NCBI GenBank assembly: GCA_963790825.1
Contig: CAWBPM010000003.1
Coordinates: forward strand, 253,681 to 317,680
Source of the DNA: Candidatus Levyibacteriota bacterium
Lineage (GTDB): Bacteria > Patescibacteriota > Microgenomatia > Levybacterales > UBA12049
Direction of reading: 5' to 3'
Length of the DNA: 64,000 nucleotides
Positions 10,328 through 22,000 of the stretch are shown here, one piece after another. Position numbers and translations under genes: made by a program. The first letter of the stretch is position 1, and the number at the start of each line of letters is the position of its first letter. Under the pieces are notes generated by a model. The model was not told the origin of the DNA, did no database searches, and saw only the letters and a list, made by a program, of their open reading frames with translations.

Positions 10328-12730
10328 TTACGATACTACTGTCTGTATATTGCCTGAGTCGTCGAGGGTCATTACGACATTATTTCCCCGCTTTATTTCG
10401 TCCCGCAATTCTTTTTGCGCGATAAGATCTTCTATTTTATCCTGTAAATAACGTCTCAAGGGACGGGCTCCAAACTCCGGATCATAACCTTCCTGAGAAA
10501 TTTTAGTAATAATTTTATCATCAAATGTAACTGCAATATCCTGCTCTTTCAGTTTTTCGGTTAAACTCTTAAGCATAAGACGGGCAATTGTCGCTACCTG
10601 ATCTTGGGATAATGATTTAAAAGTTACGACATCATCAAAACGGTTTAACAATTCCGGTTTAAAGATTCTGTTGCTTTGCAGATACTCCATCAGCCGGTGT
10701 TGAAATATTTTATCAATCTGAGTCCCTTTTTCGACTTCTTCCCGGATAAACTCAGCACCGGCATTAGAGGTAGCAATTATAATGGCATTAACAAATGAGA
10801 CTGTATGTCCCTTATTATCGGTAAGACGACCATCTTCAAGTACCTGAAGAAACAAATCTAAAATTCTGGGGTTTGCTTTTTCAAATTCATCCAGAAGAAC
10901 CAGGGAATCCGGATGGTCATGAATTTTATCGGTCAATTCGCCCCGTTCTTCTCCTTCACCGGGTGCCGCACCGAGAAGCCTTTTTACGCCTTCACTGTCC
11001 GAATATTCACTCATATCGAGGCGCACAATATGTTCCTGTCCGCCAAAATAGAGATCCGAGAGTACACGGGCTGTTTCGGTTTTACCAACTCCTGTCGGAC
11101 CTAAGAATAGAAATGAGACGGGTTTATTCGCACTTGCCAGCCCGGACCGAACACGGCGCATTGCCTCGGAGATTGCCGTGATGGCATCATCCTGACCAAT
11201 GATGCGCTCATGTAATTTTTCTTCAAGGTGGAGTAAGAGTTCTTTTTCCTGCGCCTTTGGAGCTGCGACATTCGCATGTGTTTTTTCTTCAAGAGTGCTT
11301 ATTACATCATCATCCGTTACAATATTCGACCTTTTCATTTTGTTCATAGTAACTGCAACTCGATTGGCCGAATCGGTAAGAAGCAGCACTGCGCTCCCGG
11401 GAAGATTCGCATCCTGTTCGTATCTGTCGGCAAAGTTAGCTGCCGCAATAACGCTTCGATATGTAAGGGAAACGCCATTTTTTTCTTCAATTTCCCCTGC
11501 TTTTTCAAAAAGCATCTGCAATGCTACGTCCTTTTCGGGCTCAAGAACTTGTATTATTTCGAATACTGATTTCATGGGGCTGCGCTCTAAATACGCTTTA
11601 TATGCACCGGGCGTCATTGTGGCAATAATCGGCATTCCTCCGTTTTTAAGGTAGGGAAGAAGTGCGCCTGAAAGATCCAGATTATACGATCCGGCTCCCA
11701 TGATGTTTTCAAACTGCGGAATATATAGAATAACGTTTCCGGCATGGGAAATTTCAGCAATAATATTTTGTAAGCGTACCTCCATATTTCCCCTATCTCC
11801 TGCTCCGGCAATAAGCGGTCCTACCATCAGCTCAAGTATTTTTTTATGATTTAAAGTGGAAGAAAGATAGTCGCCAAAACTGTCATACGCTAATGCTTCT
11901 ACCAGACTTTCTTTTCCCGCACCGATTTCGCCAACCAGAATAATATTATTATTTTCTTTTTTTGCCAGTGCCTCACAAATTTCCTGATATTCTCTGCTGC
12001 GTCCCACAATAAGAGCGCGTTTGTTTAGCGAATGGTAGGTAAAATCATCGGTGTATTGTTTGGTTTCAGGCGTCCAGCCGGACATTAACGATTCACCGAT
12101 TCCGTCGCCAAAAAAATGTACACGATAATCTTTTGCATGCTCTTCCTCCGGGTATTCCATTTGTGCCCAAAAGAGAATTTGCATCAGTTCTACGTCTTTT
12201 ATTTTTTTCCTAAAAAGCAATTTTGTTTTTTCTTCCGAAAGCAAAAGGTAGGAGACGAGACAGTCCATAGTCGTTATGTATTCCCCGTTTACACTTTTAG
12301 CAAGTTCGAAGCTATACTGAAGAATATCTTTTTTAGGAATATCAACAAGAGACAGTTCCCCTTTATCCAGACCGATTTTTTCCAGGATAAATAGTATTTG
12401 AGGATAGCGAAGAAGAGCCAGGAGAAATTTCTCAGATGTTGTTTCAGACAAATAAGCAGTCAAAACCGGCATTGTCGCAGAGCTGCCGACATCGGGTGAG
12501 TTGTTTTTCCCAACCGGAGTTTTCGGATGATACCTGTTAATTTTATAGCGGAAAAATGTTTCCGCCATGGCAAGAAGACATAGAAAAAAGATTGAAAATC
12601 TGGGGTATGAATGATTAGTAAGTCCATACAGAGTAAGTGAAGCAAAGAAAAATATTGCCAACAGCCTCACCGTTTTACCAATAGCCGAGTGGATTAACAA
12701 ATAAACATGAACGTACTCGTTAGAATTCAT
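10328..12730 (-). CDS. Membrane-anchored Clp/Hsp100-family ATPase with degenerate NBD1
   Basis: Two N-terminal hydrophobic helices. NBD1 reads GEIGAGKE / LYIPQFE (degenerate). NBD2 is intact: [41 protein letters not shown]. Confidence 0.85.
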   Translation of the reverse strand: MNSNEYVHVYLLIHSAIGKTVRLLAIFFFASLTLYGLTNHSYPRFSIFFLCLLAMAETFFRYKINRYHPKTPVGKNNSPDVGSSATMPVLTAYLSETTSEKFLLALLRYPQILFILEKIGLDKGELSLVDIPKKDILQYSFELAKSVNGEYITTMDCLVSYLLLSEEKTKLLFRKKIKDVELMQILFWAQMEYPEEEHAKDYRVHFFGDGIGESLMSGWTPETKQYTDDFTYHSLNKRALIVGRSREYQEICEALAKKENNNIILVGEIGAGKESLVEALAYDSFGDYLSSTLNHKKILELMVGPLIAGAGDRGNMEVRLQNIIAEISHAGNVILYIPQFENIMGAGSYNLDLSGALLPYLKNGGMPIIATMTPGAYKAYLERSPMKSVFEIIQVLEPEKDVALQMLFEKAGEIEEKNGVSLTYRSVIAAANFADRYEQDANLPGSAVLLLTDSANRVAVTMNKMKRSNIVTDDDVISTLEEKTHANVAAPKAQEKELLLHLEEKLHERIIGQDDAITAISEAMRRVRSGLASANKPVSFLFLGPTGVGKTETARVLSDLYFGGQEHIVRLDMSEYSDSEGVKRLLGAAPGEGEERGELTDKIHDHPDSLVLLDEFEKANPRILDLFLQVLEDGRLTDNKGHTVSFVNAIIIATSNAGAEFIREEVEKGTQIDKIFQHRLMEYLQSNRIFKPELLNRFDDVVTFKSLSQDQVATIARLMLKSLTEKLKEQDIAVTFDDKIITKISQEGYDPEFGARPLRRYLQDKIEDLIAQKELRDEIKRGNNVVMTLDDSGNIQTVVS

Positions 12731-12731
12731 A

Positions 12732-13064
12732 CTATTTAAATAATAGAAATATTGCCAATGCCGGCATTAATACAAACAAACTAATTACTAGAAATTCGCT
12801 AATCAACATTACTAAAAAAATAGTCAGTGTAAAGAGAATAAGTATTGTTTTTGCAAAAATTCCCATACCGATTGAGAAACCGACCAAACCTTTTCTATAT
12901 TCATTTTTTAGTGGCTTAAAAAAAGTGACAACCATCAGCTTTAGAGAGAATAGCTGGAGAAACGCACTGTTGAGCGACTGGAAATATGACAGCATCGTAA
13001 GCGGTGCTTCAATATACCAGAATTGTACGAGAATAAAAGGCAGGGTCGTATAATAGAAATTCAT
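12732..13064 (-). CDS. Small membrane protein adjacent to the membrane-anchored Clp ATPase
   Basis: Hydrophobic ORF, probable start ATG 13064; stop lies 1 nt before the next ATG. Confidence 0.7.
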   Translation of the reverse strand: MNFYYTTLPFILVQFWYIEAPLTMLSYFQSLNSAFLQLFSLKLMVVTFFKPLKNEYRKGLVGFSIGMGIFAKTILILFTLTIFLVMLISEFLVISLFVLMPALAIFLLFK

Positions 13065-13131
13065 GAGCAGTATCTCTAGTCTAAAAACTTTTCCTCTAAA
13101 TTGCAAATGAGTATTATTTAGCAAGCAAATA

Positions 13132-16041
13132 TTATTCCTGGGTTTCGTTTGGTAAACCGGCGGAAGAAGAAGTAAAGGTTGTGCCTGTTCCCGGAGGAGA
13201 CATTGGATAATTGGGAGTGGGCATGTTATTCATCGGATTTAGCATTCCCGACTCCTGTCCCATATCCTGACCAAACTGAGACATTGGCTGTGGAGTAACC
13301 CCATTTGGTATCTGAGGACTCCCATACGGAGGTAAAGGAGCTTGCGGGAACTCTTGGGACGGGCCGTATTGGTTATTTATTTCTGCGGGAGCGGAGTTCA
13401 TATACGGATTATTTACCGCCTGTGGATTTAGACCACTTGGGAACTGTTGATTAGGATTATACGGCTGATTAAAACCGGCCTGAGGAGGTAATACAGATGG
13501 AGAACCGGGCTGAGGTGGCTGAGTCATATTTGACGAGGGTGCGAATTGATTCTGCGAAGACATTGGTTCGCCCGCTTGCTGATTAGGTTCTGCTGCTTTT
13601 TCTTGACTACCAACCGCATCTGTATGGTTGGATTTAGTAAAGAAATATCCGCCCTTCGCCCCGTCAAAATCAATAAGTATCGCATCTCCGGGAAGAAACT
13701 TTTTTCCAATTATTTCAAGTGCAATTGGGTTTTCTATTCTCGTCTGAACCAGACGGCGAAGCGGTCTTGCACCGTACATAGGATCATACCCTTCATTTGC
13801 GAGTTCACGAAGAGCTGCATCTGTAATATCGACACTAAGTTGCTGCTCTGTAAGTAAACCGCTCGTTTTTTTAATGGCAAGTTTGGTAATACCTACCATA
13901 TCTTCTCTTCGTAAGGGCTTAAAAATAACGATGTCGTCAAAACGATTGAGAAGTTCCGGCCGGAAGAATTTATGCAGTTCCCCGCTTACCACTTCTGAAA
14001 GGTCCTTAAAATCTTTTGCGAGTTGTTCCGCTGTTTTCGGCGTAGGATTAGTTGTATCCTCCTCGCCTAATTTTTCAGTAATCAGGCTGCTGCCAATATT
14101 TGATGTACAGATGATAATCGTATTTTTAAATGAGATCGTATTGCCCTTGTTATCGGTCAGCCGGCCATCCTCTAAAATCTGCAGGAGAATGTTAAAGACA
14201 TCAGGATGCGCCTTTTCAACTTCGTCCAAAAGAACAATCGAGTACGGTTTTATTCTTACGGCTTCGGTTAATTGTCCACCTTCTTCATAGCCGACATACC
14301 CGGGGGGCGCACCAATCAGCTTGGCGACCTCATGCTTTTCCATGTATTCTGACATGTCGAGCCGAATCATTGCGCTTTCCTGACCGAAAAGAATCTCTGC
14401 TATAGTTTTGGCAAGTTCTGTTTTTCCCGTACCCGACGGACCTAAAAAGATGAATGACGCAATCGGCCTCTGTCCGCTTGCCAGTCCAATTCTCCCTCTC
14501 CTGACTGCCTCTGCCACTGCTTTTACTGCTTCCTCCTGATCGATAAGCCGCTCATGGATGCGATCTTCCAGTTTTAACAATTTTTGACTTTCATCCTCTG
14601 TCAATTTCGTGATCGGAATACCGGTCCAATTACTGACTACCTGTTCTATTTGCGATTTTTTTACCTCGTTTCCTGTTGTTTGCCCCTTTGCCTGCATCAT
14701 CTTCACATCTGCAGCAGCTTCGTCAATTAAATCAATTGCTTTATCGGGGAGAAAGCGTTCTCCAATATATTTTTTTGATAATTTAACCGCCTGAACCAAC
14801 GCGTCGTCGGGAATAGTTACCTTGTGAAAGTCTTCGTATTTCGACTTTAATACCTTAAGCATTTCGACTGCTACTTCTTCACTCGGCTCTTCACAAATTA
14901 TCGGCTGGAATCTTCTGGAAAATGCTTTATCTTTCTCAAAATATTTTCGGTATTCTGCTGTCGTCGTCGTACCGATTATCTGCAAGTGTCCTCTTGCCAA
15001 ATGCGGCTTAATAATATTTGATGCATCCATCGCGCCTCCCGTATCACCCGCTCCCATCACCGTGTGTATTTCGTCGATAAAAAGCAGTGTTTGTCCGCTG
15101 CTTGCCATGGCTTCACGAATAACAGAGCGCAACCGTTCCTCAAATTCTCCCCTGTGACTTGCGCCGGCTACCAAAGATGCTACGTCAAGCTGAATAATCC
15201 GCTTTCCCAATAGTTCCTTCGGCACTAATCCTTTCACAATATTTTGCGCCAGACCTTCAATAATTGCCGTTTTGCCAACTCCTGCTTCACCTATTATGAT
15301 CGGGTTATTTTTCGTTCTGCGGAGTAAGATATGAGCAAGTCTATCAATTTCCTTGTCCCGTCCGGCAATCGGATCAAGTTTACCCTCCCGAGCCTGTTGT
15401 GTCAGGTCTACCCCATATTCCTCAAGAACACTTTTTTTGGCCATTGTATAGGATTTATCTTTCGTTAATTTTTCTTCCACCTGCATTTTCCTAACACCTT
15501 GCTCTGCAAGTGAATTAACGCCGATACTCTGAGTTCCGGCAGAAAAAATTGCCAGCAGGACGTCCTCAGGAGCGATGAATCCGGCTCCGCGTTTTTTCGC
15601 TTCCAGATATGCACCTTCAAACACTTGTTTGGTATTTTGACTAAGCAGCGGTATACCGGGAAATCCGTCCGGAATTTCCCGACTTTGAATTTCCCGGGTA
15701 AGCTTCGCGACATCGACATTAAACTCTTCAAGAAGCTTATAGATTTCTTCATCAAAAAGTAATCCCAGAAGTATTTGGTCAACATCAATAAGCTGCTGGT
15801 GAATCCGCACCGATTCCTGCTGGGCGTGGGTTAGTACTTTTTGCGTACGGGAATCCAGATGCGACAGAGCGGACAAGTCTTCTCTTCGCGCCGGATCCAT
15901 GGCTGAATCAGCTATATTATTGTTATCAATAGGAGTCGCCTGCGGAGGCGGAGGTGTCCCCATATTTTGTGTATTTGTATTTTGTTGTGCTGGTGGGTTC
16001 TGATTTCCAGAACTCCTCTGATTGAATAAATTTCCAAGCAT
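13132..16041 (-). CDS. ClpA/ClpC-like Hsp100 ATPase with Pro/Gln/Asn-rich termini
   Basis: Clp_N-like repeats; NBD1 [22 protein letters not shown]; NBD2 [25 protein letters not shown]; no M-domain coiled coil. Confidence 0.9.
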   Translation of the reverse strand: MLGNLFNQRSSGNQNPPAQQNTNTQNMGTPPPPQATPIDNNNIADSAMDPARREDLSALSHLDSRTQKVLTHAQQESVRIHQQLIDVDQILLGLLFDEEIYKLLEEFNVDVAKLTREIQSREIPDGFPGIPLLSQNTKQVFEGAYLEAKKRGAGFIAPEDVLLAIFSAGTQSIGVNSLAEQGVRKMQVEEKLTKDKSYTMAKKSVLEEYGVDLTQQAREGKLDPIAGRDKEIDRLAHILLRRTKNNPIIIGEAGVGKTAIIEGLAQNIVKGLVPKELLGKRIIQLDVASLVAGASHRGEFEERLRSVIREAMASSGQTLLFIDEIHTVMGAGDTGGAMDASNIIKPHLARGHLQIIGTTTTAEYRKYFEKDKAFSRRFQPIICEEPSEEVAVEMLKVLKSKYEDFHKVTIPDDALVQAVKLSKKYIGERFLPDKAIDLIDEAAADVKMMQAKGQTTGNEVKKSQIEQVVSNWTGIPITKLTEDESQKLLKLEDRIHERLIDQEEAVKAVAEAVRRGRIGLASGQRPIASFIFLGPSGTGKTELAKTIAEILFGQESAMIRLDMSEYMEKHEVAKLIGAPPGYVGYEEGGQLTEAVRIKPYSIVLLDEVEKAHPDVFNILLQILEDGRLTDNKGNTISFKNTIIICTSNIGSSLITEKLGEEDTTNPTPKTAEQLAKDFKDLSEVVSGELHKFFRPELLNRFDDIVIFKPLRREDMVGITKLAIKKTSGLLTEQQLSVDITDAALRELANEGYDPMYGARPLRRLVQTRIENPIALEIIGKKFLPGDAILIDFDGAKGGYFFTKSNHTDAVGSQEKAAEPNQQAGEPMSSQNQFAPSSNMTQPPQPGSPSVLPPQAGFNQPYNPNQQFPSGLNPQAVNNPYMNSAPAEINNQYGPSQEFPQAPLPPYGSPQIPNGVTPQPMSQFGQDMGQESGMLNPMNNMPTPNYPMSPPGTGTTFTSSSAGLPNETQE

Positions 16042-16098
16042 ACTATTTCCTTATTTTATTCTGTATGGTTTTTACTGATTAGTCAAGCTCTCCAATTA

Positions 16099-19000
16099 TT
16101 ATTTTTTTGTTTCAGGCTCGTCTTCCGCTGACATCTCAAGAGAAGGCTTTGTTATTTTTTGTATAGTTATTAGTTCTTCTGTTTCATATCCTTCTTTCTT
16201 CAGGTTTTCCAGCACGTCTTTGGCTGCTTGTTCTTTTGCTTTCAAATACGCAATAATCTCATTTTGCGAGAATCCGCCAAGCAGCAGGAAAGGCAGGATA
16301 TTTGAAACTGCTTCCATGCCTGCTTTTACTTTTTCAGGTGCTGAGGCTGTCAATAACAGGATTATTTGCTCAATATTTTCGATTTCTTTTACCAACCAGG
16401 TTATTCTGTTTTGTATTACTCCGCCTGGTGCCTCAGGTATATCCATTTTGCTATAGTTTTCCTGCCATAGTTTTTTCACTGTTTCATAATCAGCGACATT
16501 TATTTGTTGCAGTTTATTAACAGAGGGGAAAGACCCTGCAATGTAGCTAAGCAAATACTTCTTTTCTTCTTCCACTTGTAGCCAAACTTCTTCCGCCAAC
16601 TGGTTCTTTTTTTCTTTTTCTGAAAATATTTGATTTTTTATTTTCAGCAAGGCATCTTTTCCTAATTTTTCCGGAAATTCGACTAAAATTGCCTGAGCAA
16701 GCAGATTGCCATTTTCTTTTTCAGCCTGCAGTCTGTTTTTGAGAGATATATATTTCTCTTTTCTTAAAGGATCACTTATTTCCTCAAGATACGTAATATG
16801 CATCAGAACTGTCTTAAGTGCTGAAAGCAGTAGTTCTTCGTCATCAGCGGTTCTTCCGGAAACCGTATGGGCTGCTGTTAAGAGAGAAGTCGCGAGCGGA
16901 TCGAAGGACTTACTTGCCTCAAGGAGTTGCTGTTTTAGATTGCCATACTTACTGCGAAGTTCGGACGAGGTCAAATTATCCGGACGCGATATTCGCTCTA
17001 ATACCTCCCGTACTTTGGCTATGTCTTCTTCTTTCCCGGATACTTGAGCAGGTTGGGATTCGTACCGGACAATATCTCGAAGCGTAGGAAGCGGTAGGTT
17101 GGTAAGCTCCAGCAGTTTTGTATTTACTTGAGGATATGTTAATGCTTTAAGGTTTGTGCCAACCGGAATAGAAGCACGCGCTATTTCTTGATCCGGACTT
17201 TCTATTTCCGAAGCGGTTGTCATATGCCCTACTTCAGAGGTGGTCGCTGTTTTTTCTTTTGCTTCGATTAATGTTTCTTCCTCGTTTGCGTTCTGTTCTA
17301 GATCTTCCAAAACCGTCTTTCCTGCCTGTTCTTTTGCCTTCAAATACGCGACAATTTCTGACTGGGAGAAGCCACCCATCAGAAGGAACGGCAGGACGTT
17401 TGCTACTTCCTGCATGCCGGCTGCTACCTTCTGCTGGTCGGTCGAAGAAAGTAGATCAATGGCTCTAGTTACTTTCTCCAAATCTGATTTTACCCAAGTT
17501 TTCCGATCCATTTGTCCTGTTTCTGCAGTTTGTGGAATAGACATATTCTTGTAGTTATCAGTCCACATAGACTTTACTGCTTCGTAGTCTTCAAGGCTTA
17601 CCTGCTGGATACGATTACTAGTTGGGAGATTGACAGAGGAGGAAGTTACCTGCTTTCCGGTTGTTTGTACGCCGCTTTGCGACATCAGAGAAAGAATATT
17701 TCCTGCCAGTTGGTCTCCTTTTGCCTGTGCATCCATGAGTTTCTGTTTCACTTTTTGTAGATCTGTTTTCTCGGTTTTACTGTTGACACCCAAGAGAGAC
17801 GTGGCAAGTTGATTGCCTTTCTTGCTTTCTTCTTCAAGTTTGGCTTTTATCCTGACATATTGCTGTCTATCTGCAACTGCAGGGATTGAGGATAGGGCAG
17901 AATTTACGATTTGAGAGAGAACTTGAGATATGACTTGTGTCTCTTTGGATACAGTTTGCTTATCTACCTCAGAAAGCAACGTAGTTGCCAACTCATTTCC
18001 TTTCGTACTTTCCTGCATTAACTGGTCTTTCAGTTTTTGTATATCTGAGGCATTCGTTGTTTTCTCAGTTGCAGAGAGAATAGTTGTTGCAAGCGTATTT
18101 CCCTGCCTGCTCTCTTTGAGAAGGGTTTCTTTCAGTATGTTTATCCGCTCCCGATCGGTTGTAGAGGTTACTACTTCTTGTGGATTAGCAATTTGCGTCA
18201 GTACGTTTTGCAAAGATGAGACGCTTGGCTGGGATAGGATATTTTGGCTAGTTGTTGCAGACTGCAGTGCAGTGAGTATTGATGTTGCCAGGACGTCTCC
18301 TGTCTGGCTTTGTTTAGTGAGTTCACTTCGCATCTTGGTATACTGGTCACGCTCCTGCGCATTACTCAATGCCTCGGGATTTTGCAGATTTCGCATTGCT
18401 TCTTGTAATTTGACTAACTCTGTGGACTTTTCTCGGGAGGAAGAATTCATCGATGTTTCAAATTTCGCAATATCCCGAAGTGTCGGAAGCGACAAGTTGG
18501 TAAGTGTCAGTATTTTCGTATCAACTAGAACAGGAGTCGAAGCTGTGGTTATGGTAGGCGTTTGGTACGCCTCTTCCTCGTCCGCTGTTCTTGAAATTGT
18601 CAAATGCTGAGGGACTGTGGTTGTTTCACGTTTTACCTCAACAGTTGTATCCTCTTCCTCATTCGTTGAGGAAATTAACTCTTCCAGTACTACTTTTCCT
18701 GCTTGTTCTTTTGCTTTAAGATAGGCAACAATCTCCGACTGGGAGAAGCCACCCATCATCAGGAACGGGAGAATATTTGATACTTCCCGCATACCCGCTG
18801 CTACCTTCTGCTGCTCGGTTGAGGAGAGGAGATCAATCGTTCGGGAAATATTCTCTAGGTCATTCTTAATCCAGGTTTTTCGATCTGTTTGTCCAGTCTC
18901 GATACTTTGTGGTACATCCATGTTTTTATAATTCTCGGTCCACATGGATTTAACTGCTTCATAATCCTCAAGATTTACTTGCTGTACCCGATTCGCAGTG

Positions 19001-22000
19001 GGCAGTGGAGTCGTAAGAGTACCGGCTTGTGTCTGTGTTTGGTATTGCTGTTGAAGCATAAGGCCTAGGATTTGGGCAGCATTCTTATCCCCTTTATCGC
19101 GGGCGTCCATGAGTCTTTGCTTTAACTTCTGCACATCGCTGGTTTGAGTTTTAGAATCAGTAGTTAAAGCTTGTCTATTAATTTCTGATAAGACAGAGGT
19201 CGCTAACCCATTTCCTTGTTTACTCTCTTTTGTTAATGTGTCTTTCAATTGTTGTATTCCTGCTGCACTTGTCGTTTCTTTAGTGGCTGAAAGAATTGAT
19301 GTAGCAAGTGTATTGCCTTGTTGACTTTCTTTTACCAAGGTTTCTTTTAGTGTTGATATTCGCTCGCGATCAACAGTTGAGGTAGTGACAGAGGCAGGAT
19401 TCGCAAGATGCTCCATTACTTGAGACATTACTTGCATATCTCTCGATGCGCTTTGTTTATCTACCTCAGACAGAAGAGATGTAGCAAGTGTATTGCCTTG
19501 TTTACTCTCTTTCACCAATTGATCTCGTACCTTCTCCATCTCTGAAGTACTGGTCGTCCTCTCCGTCGCTGAAAGAATTGATGTAGCAAGTGTATTGCCT
19601 TGTTTACTCTCTCTGACTAATGTCTCTTTCAAAGCCGTAATTCGCTGCCGATCGGTCGTTGAAGTTGTGATAGACTGGGGATTGGCTAATTGTTCAAGGA
19701 CGCTTGACATAACTTGCGTATCTTTGGATATACTTTGTCTATCCATCTCGGAGAGTAAGGTTGTGGCAAGCGTATTCCCTTTTTCGCTTTCTTTGATTAA
19801 TTGTTCTTTGACTTTTTGAATTTCAGTATTGTTAAGTGTTTTTTCTGACGAGGAGAGTAAAGTGGTTGCCAATGTATTATTTTTCTCTTTACTTTCCGAT
19901 ACTAATTTTTCTTTAAGAGTCGTTATCCTTTCCCGTTCCGTTCTCTCTGTTATTTTTTCAGGGGAGGCAAGCTCTGTAAGAAGCTGTGACAACTCTGTAT
20001 TTTGGACTTGCGTCGTGCTTGTAGCAGTTGAGAGAATAGTCGTTGCAAGCGTATTTCCTTTTTGGCTTTCTGATACTAATTCACCTCTGAGATTACTGTA
20101 TACTTCTTGATCTTTTGCAGTTTGGACTGCGGCAGGATTGGCAATTTGCCCAAGGACCTGTGAGAAGGCTTTCGTATCTGTTGAGACAGATTGCCTGTCC
20201 ATTTCAGACAGTATTGTTGTTGCAAGCGTATTGCTCTGTCTACTTTCTTTAACCAACTGGTCTCTTACTTTATCCATTTCAGATGTATTTGTTGTTTTCT
20301 CAGCTGCAGAGAGAATAGTTGTTGCAAGCGTATTTCCTTTTTCGCTTTCTTTGAGAAGCGTTTCTTTAAGCGCTGTAATCCGCTCCCGATCGGTTGTAGA
20401 CACAACTGCTGGATTGGCAATTTGCCCAAGGATCCGGGATAACTGCTGTGACTCCCGAGCCGACGTGTTATTTGAGGCAGTAAATGTATTATTTGCAGCA
20501 TTAAGAATAGTCGTCGCCAATACATTTCCCTTTTCACTTTCTTTGACTAAGTGTTCCCGAATTTCTTTATAATGCTCACGATCTCTCGTATTTGTCAGAA
20601 TTTCGGGATGGGCAATCTGCTCCAGAGACTGCTGCATAGTAGAAACTTCTTGTTGTTTCTCTTTGTTGGTCGATAATATGCTTGTTTCAAAACGTGCAAT
20701 ATCCTGCATTTTTGGCACACTCAGATTTGTTAAGCCTAACAGAACTATATCTGCTGGCAGTGGCTTTGCCAGTCCGGCAGTCGATGATTTTGTAATGTTA
20801 TTTTCTGTATTTATTGCTTCATTGGAACTGGCAGGTATTGCTTTTGCTAATCCCGCTCCCCGACCGGGCAAATTGAATTTCGGCGTAAAAGGCAACACGC
20901 GTCCCAGACCAAATGACGGAGCAGGACCGGGAGGAGCCGCCGGATTGACGGGAACAGGCGGGGCACCACCCAGGAAGGCACTACTTCTATTTCGGATATT
21001 TTTAATGACTGAATTTTCAGCATAGTTATAATTGGTCGCATAATCCAGGAAAATTTGTAAGAGAATCCATGGTACAATAATCACCATCCAGAGCATTAAA
21101 AGAGCAACTAAATATAAGGCAAATGTTTCGGGTAAATTAAGACTATTATTACAGGGCGTGGTAGCTGTATTATTGTAACAGACAGTTTGTCCCGGGCCAC
21201 CAAGAAGAATATTAATGGCAGTCGGAAAAATGTCATTAGTTGGATCCCAAATGTTTCCTGCAAGCGGCTTTAGTGGTTGGTCTAATGTGGCATAATTGCT
21301 GTAATCATGAGGAATAAAGTTTAGAGGTACACCAGCTCGCCATACTTGAACCAACCCTGCCAGGAAAATAGCAAAAAGCGGAGCATAGAGAGCCCAGCGG
21401 AAAAATTCGCCTATCCAGATTTTGGCTGTATTTCGCACAGGATAATATAGTAAAAGCAGAGGGAAAATAGGAGAAACAATAATAAAAAACCATAGAATAA
21501 TTCTGCGGATTATCAGAATAATCACCATCACGTAGTAAGTAAGTGCGGTTAATTTTACAAACAGTAATGAAACAAATGCGGATTCATTGTTCATGTCTCC
21601 CGTTAAGCGAAGTCCGATAAACTGTGTGTAATCCCATCCGACGTAAAGCAAATTTCCCTGCCATATTTCAGGATGCGCGATGTTCGTAGCGGTATCGGGG
21701 TTTTTGAGAAAAAATCCCTGGATAATATCGGTTATCTGGTAAATAAATTGAATGAGCGCATAAGAAAAAGTCACCAAAAGTATGACAGCGATAAAACGCG
21801 GAATAAAACGACGAACTCCTATACTTCTTCCCCGGGTAGAAATAATAATAAAAGCTGTAATTAAGACAAAGAGAACAAAAAACGCATAGACAATGTTACG
21901 AATTGTTACCCAGAAAGGAAGCAATGGATCGGTTCCGCTGGTGACGGAATTCAATTGTTCCCAGTCATAGTTCTGAAGCGACCAGTCAAGAAGAAGTCCG

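Noticed and set aside
17800-20540. DNA repeats as a possible CRISPR array or DGR template
   Set aside because: They are in-frame coding repeats with irregular spacing; no cas or reverse transcriptase gene is present.
16220-21864. Many plus-strand ORFs of 60-226 aa opposite the giant gene, and similar ones opposite pnp, clp and dnaK
   Set aside because: Antisense shadows of long coding regions with no independent motifs.
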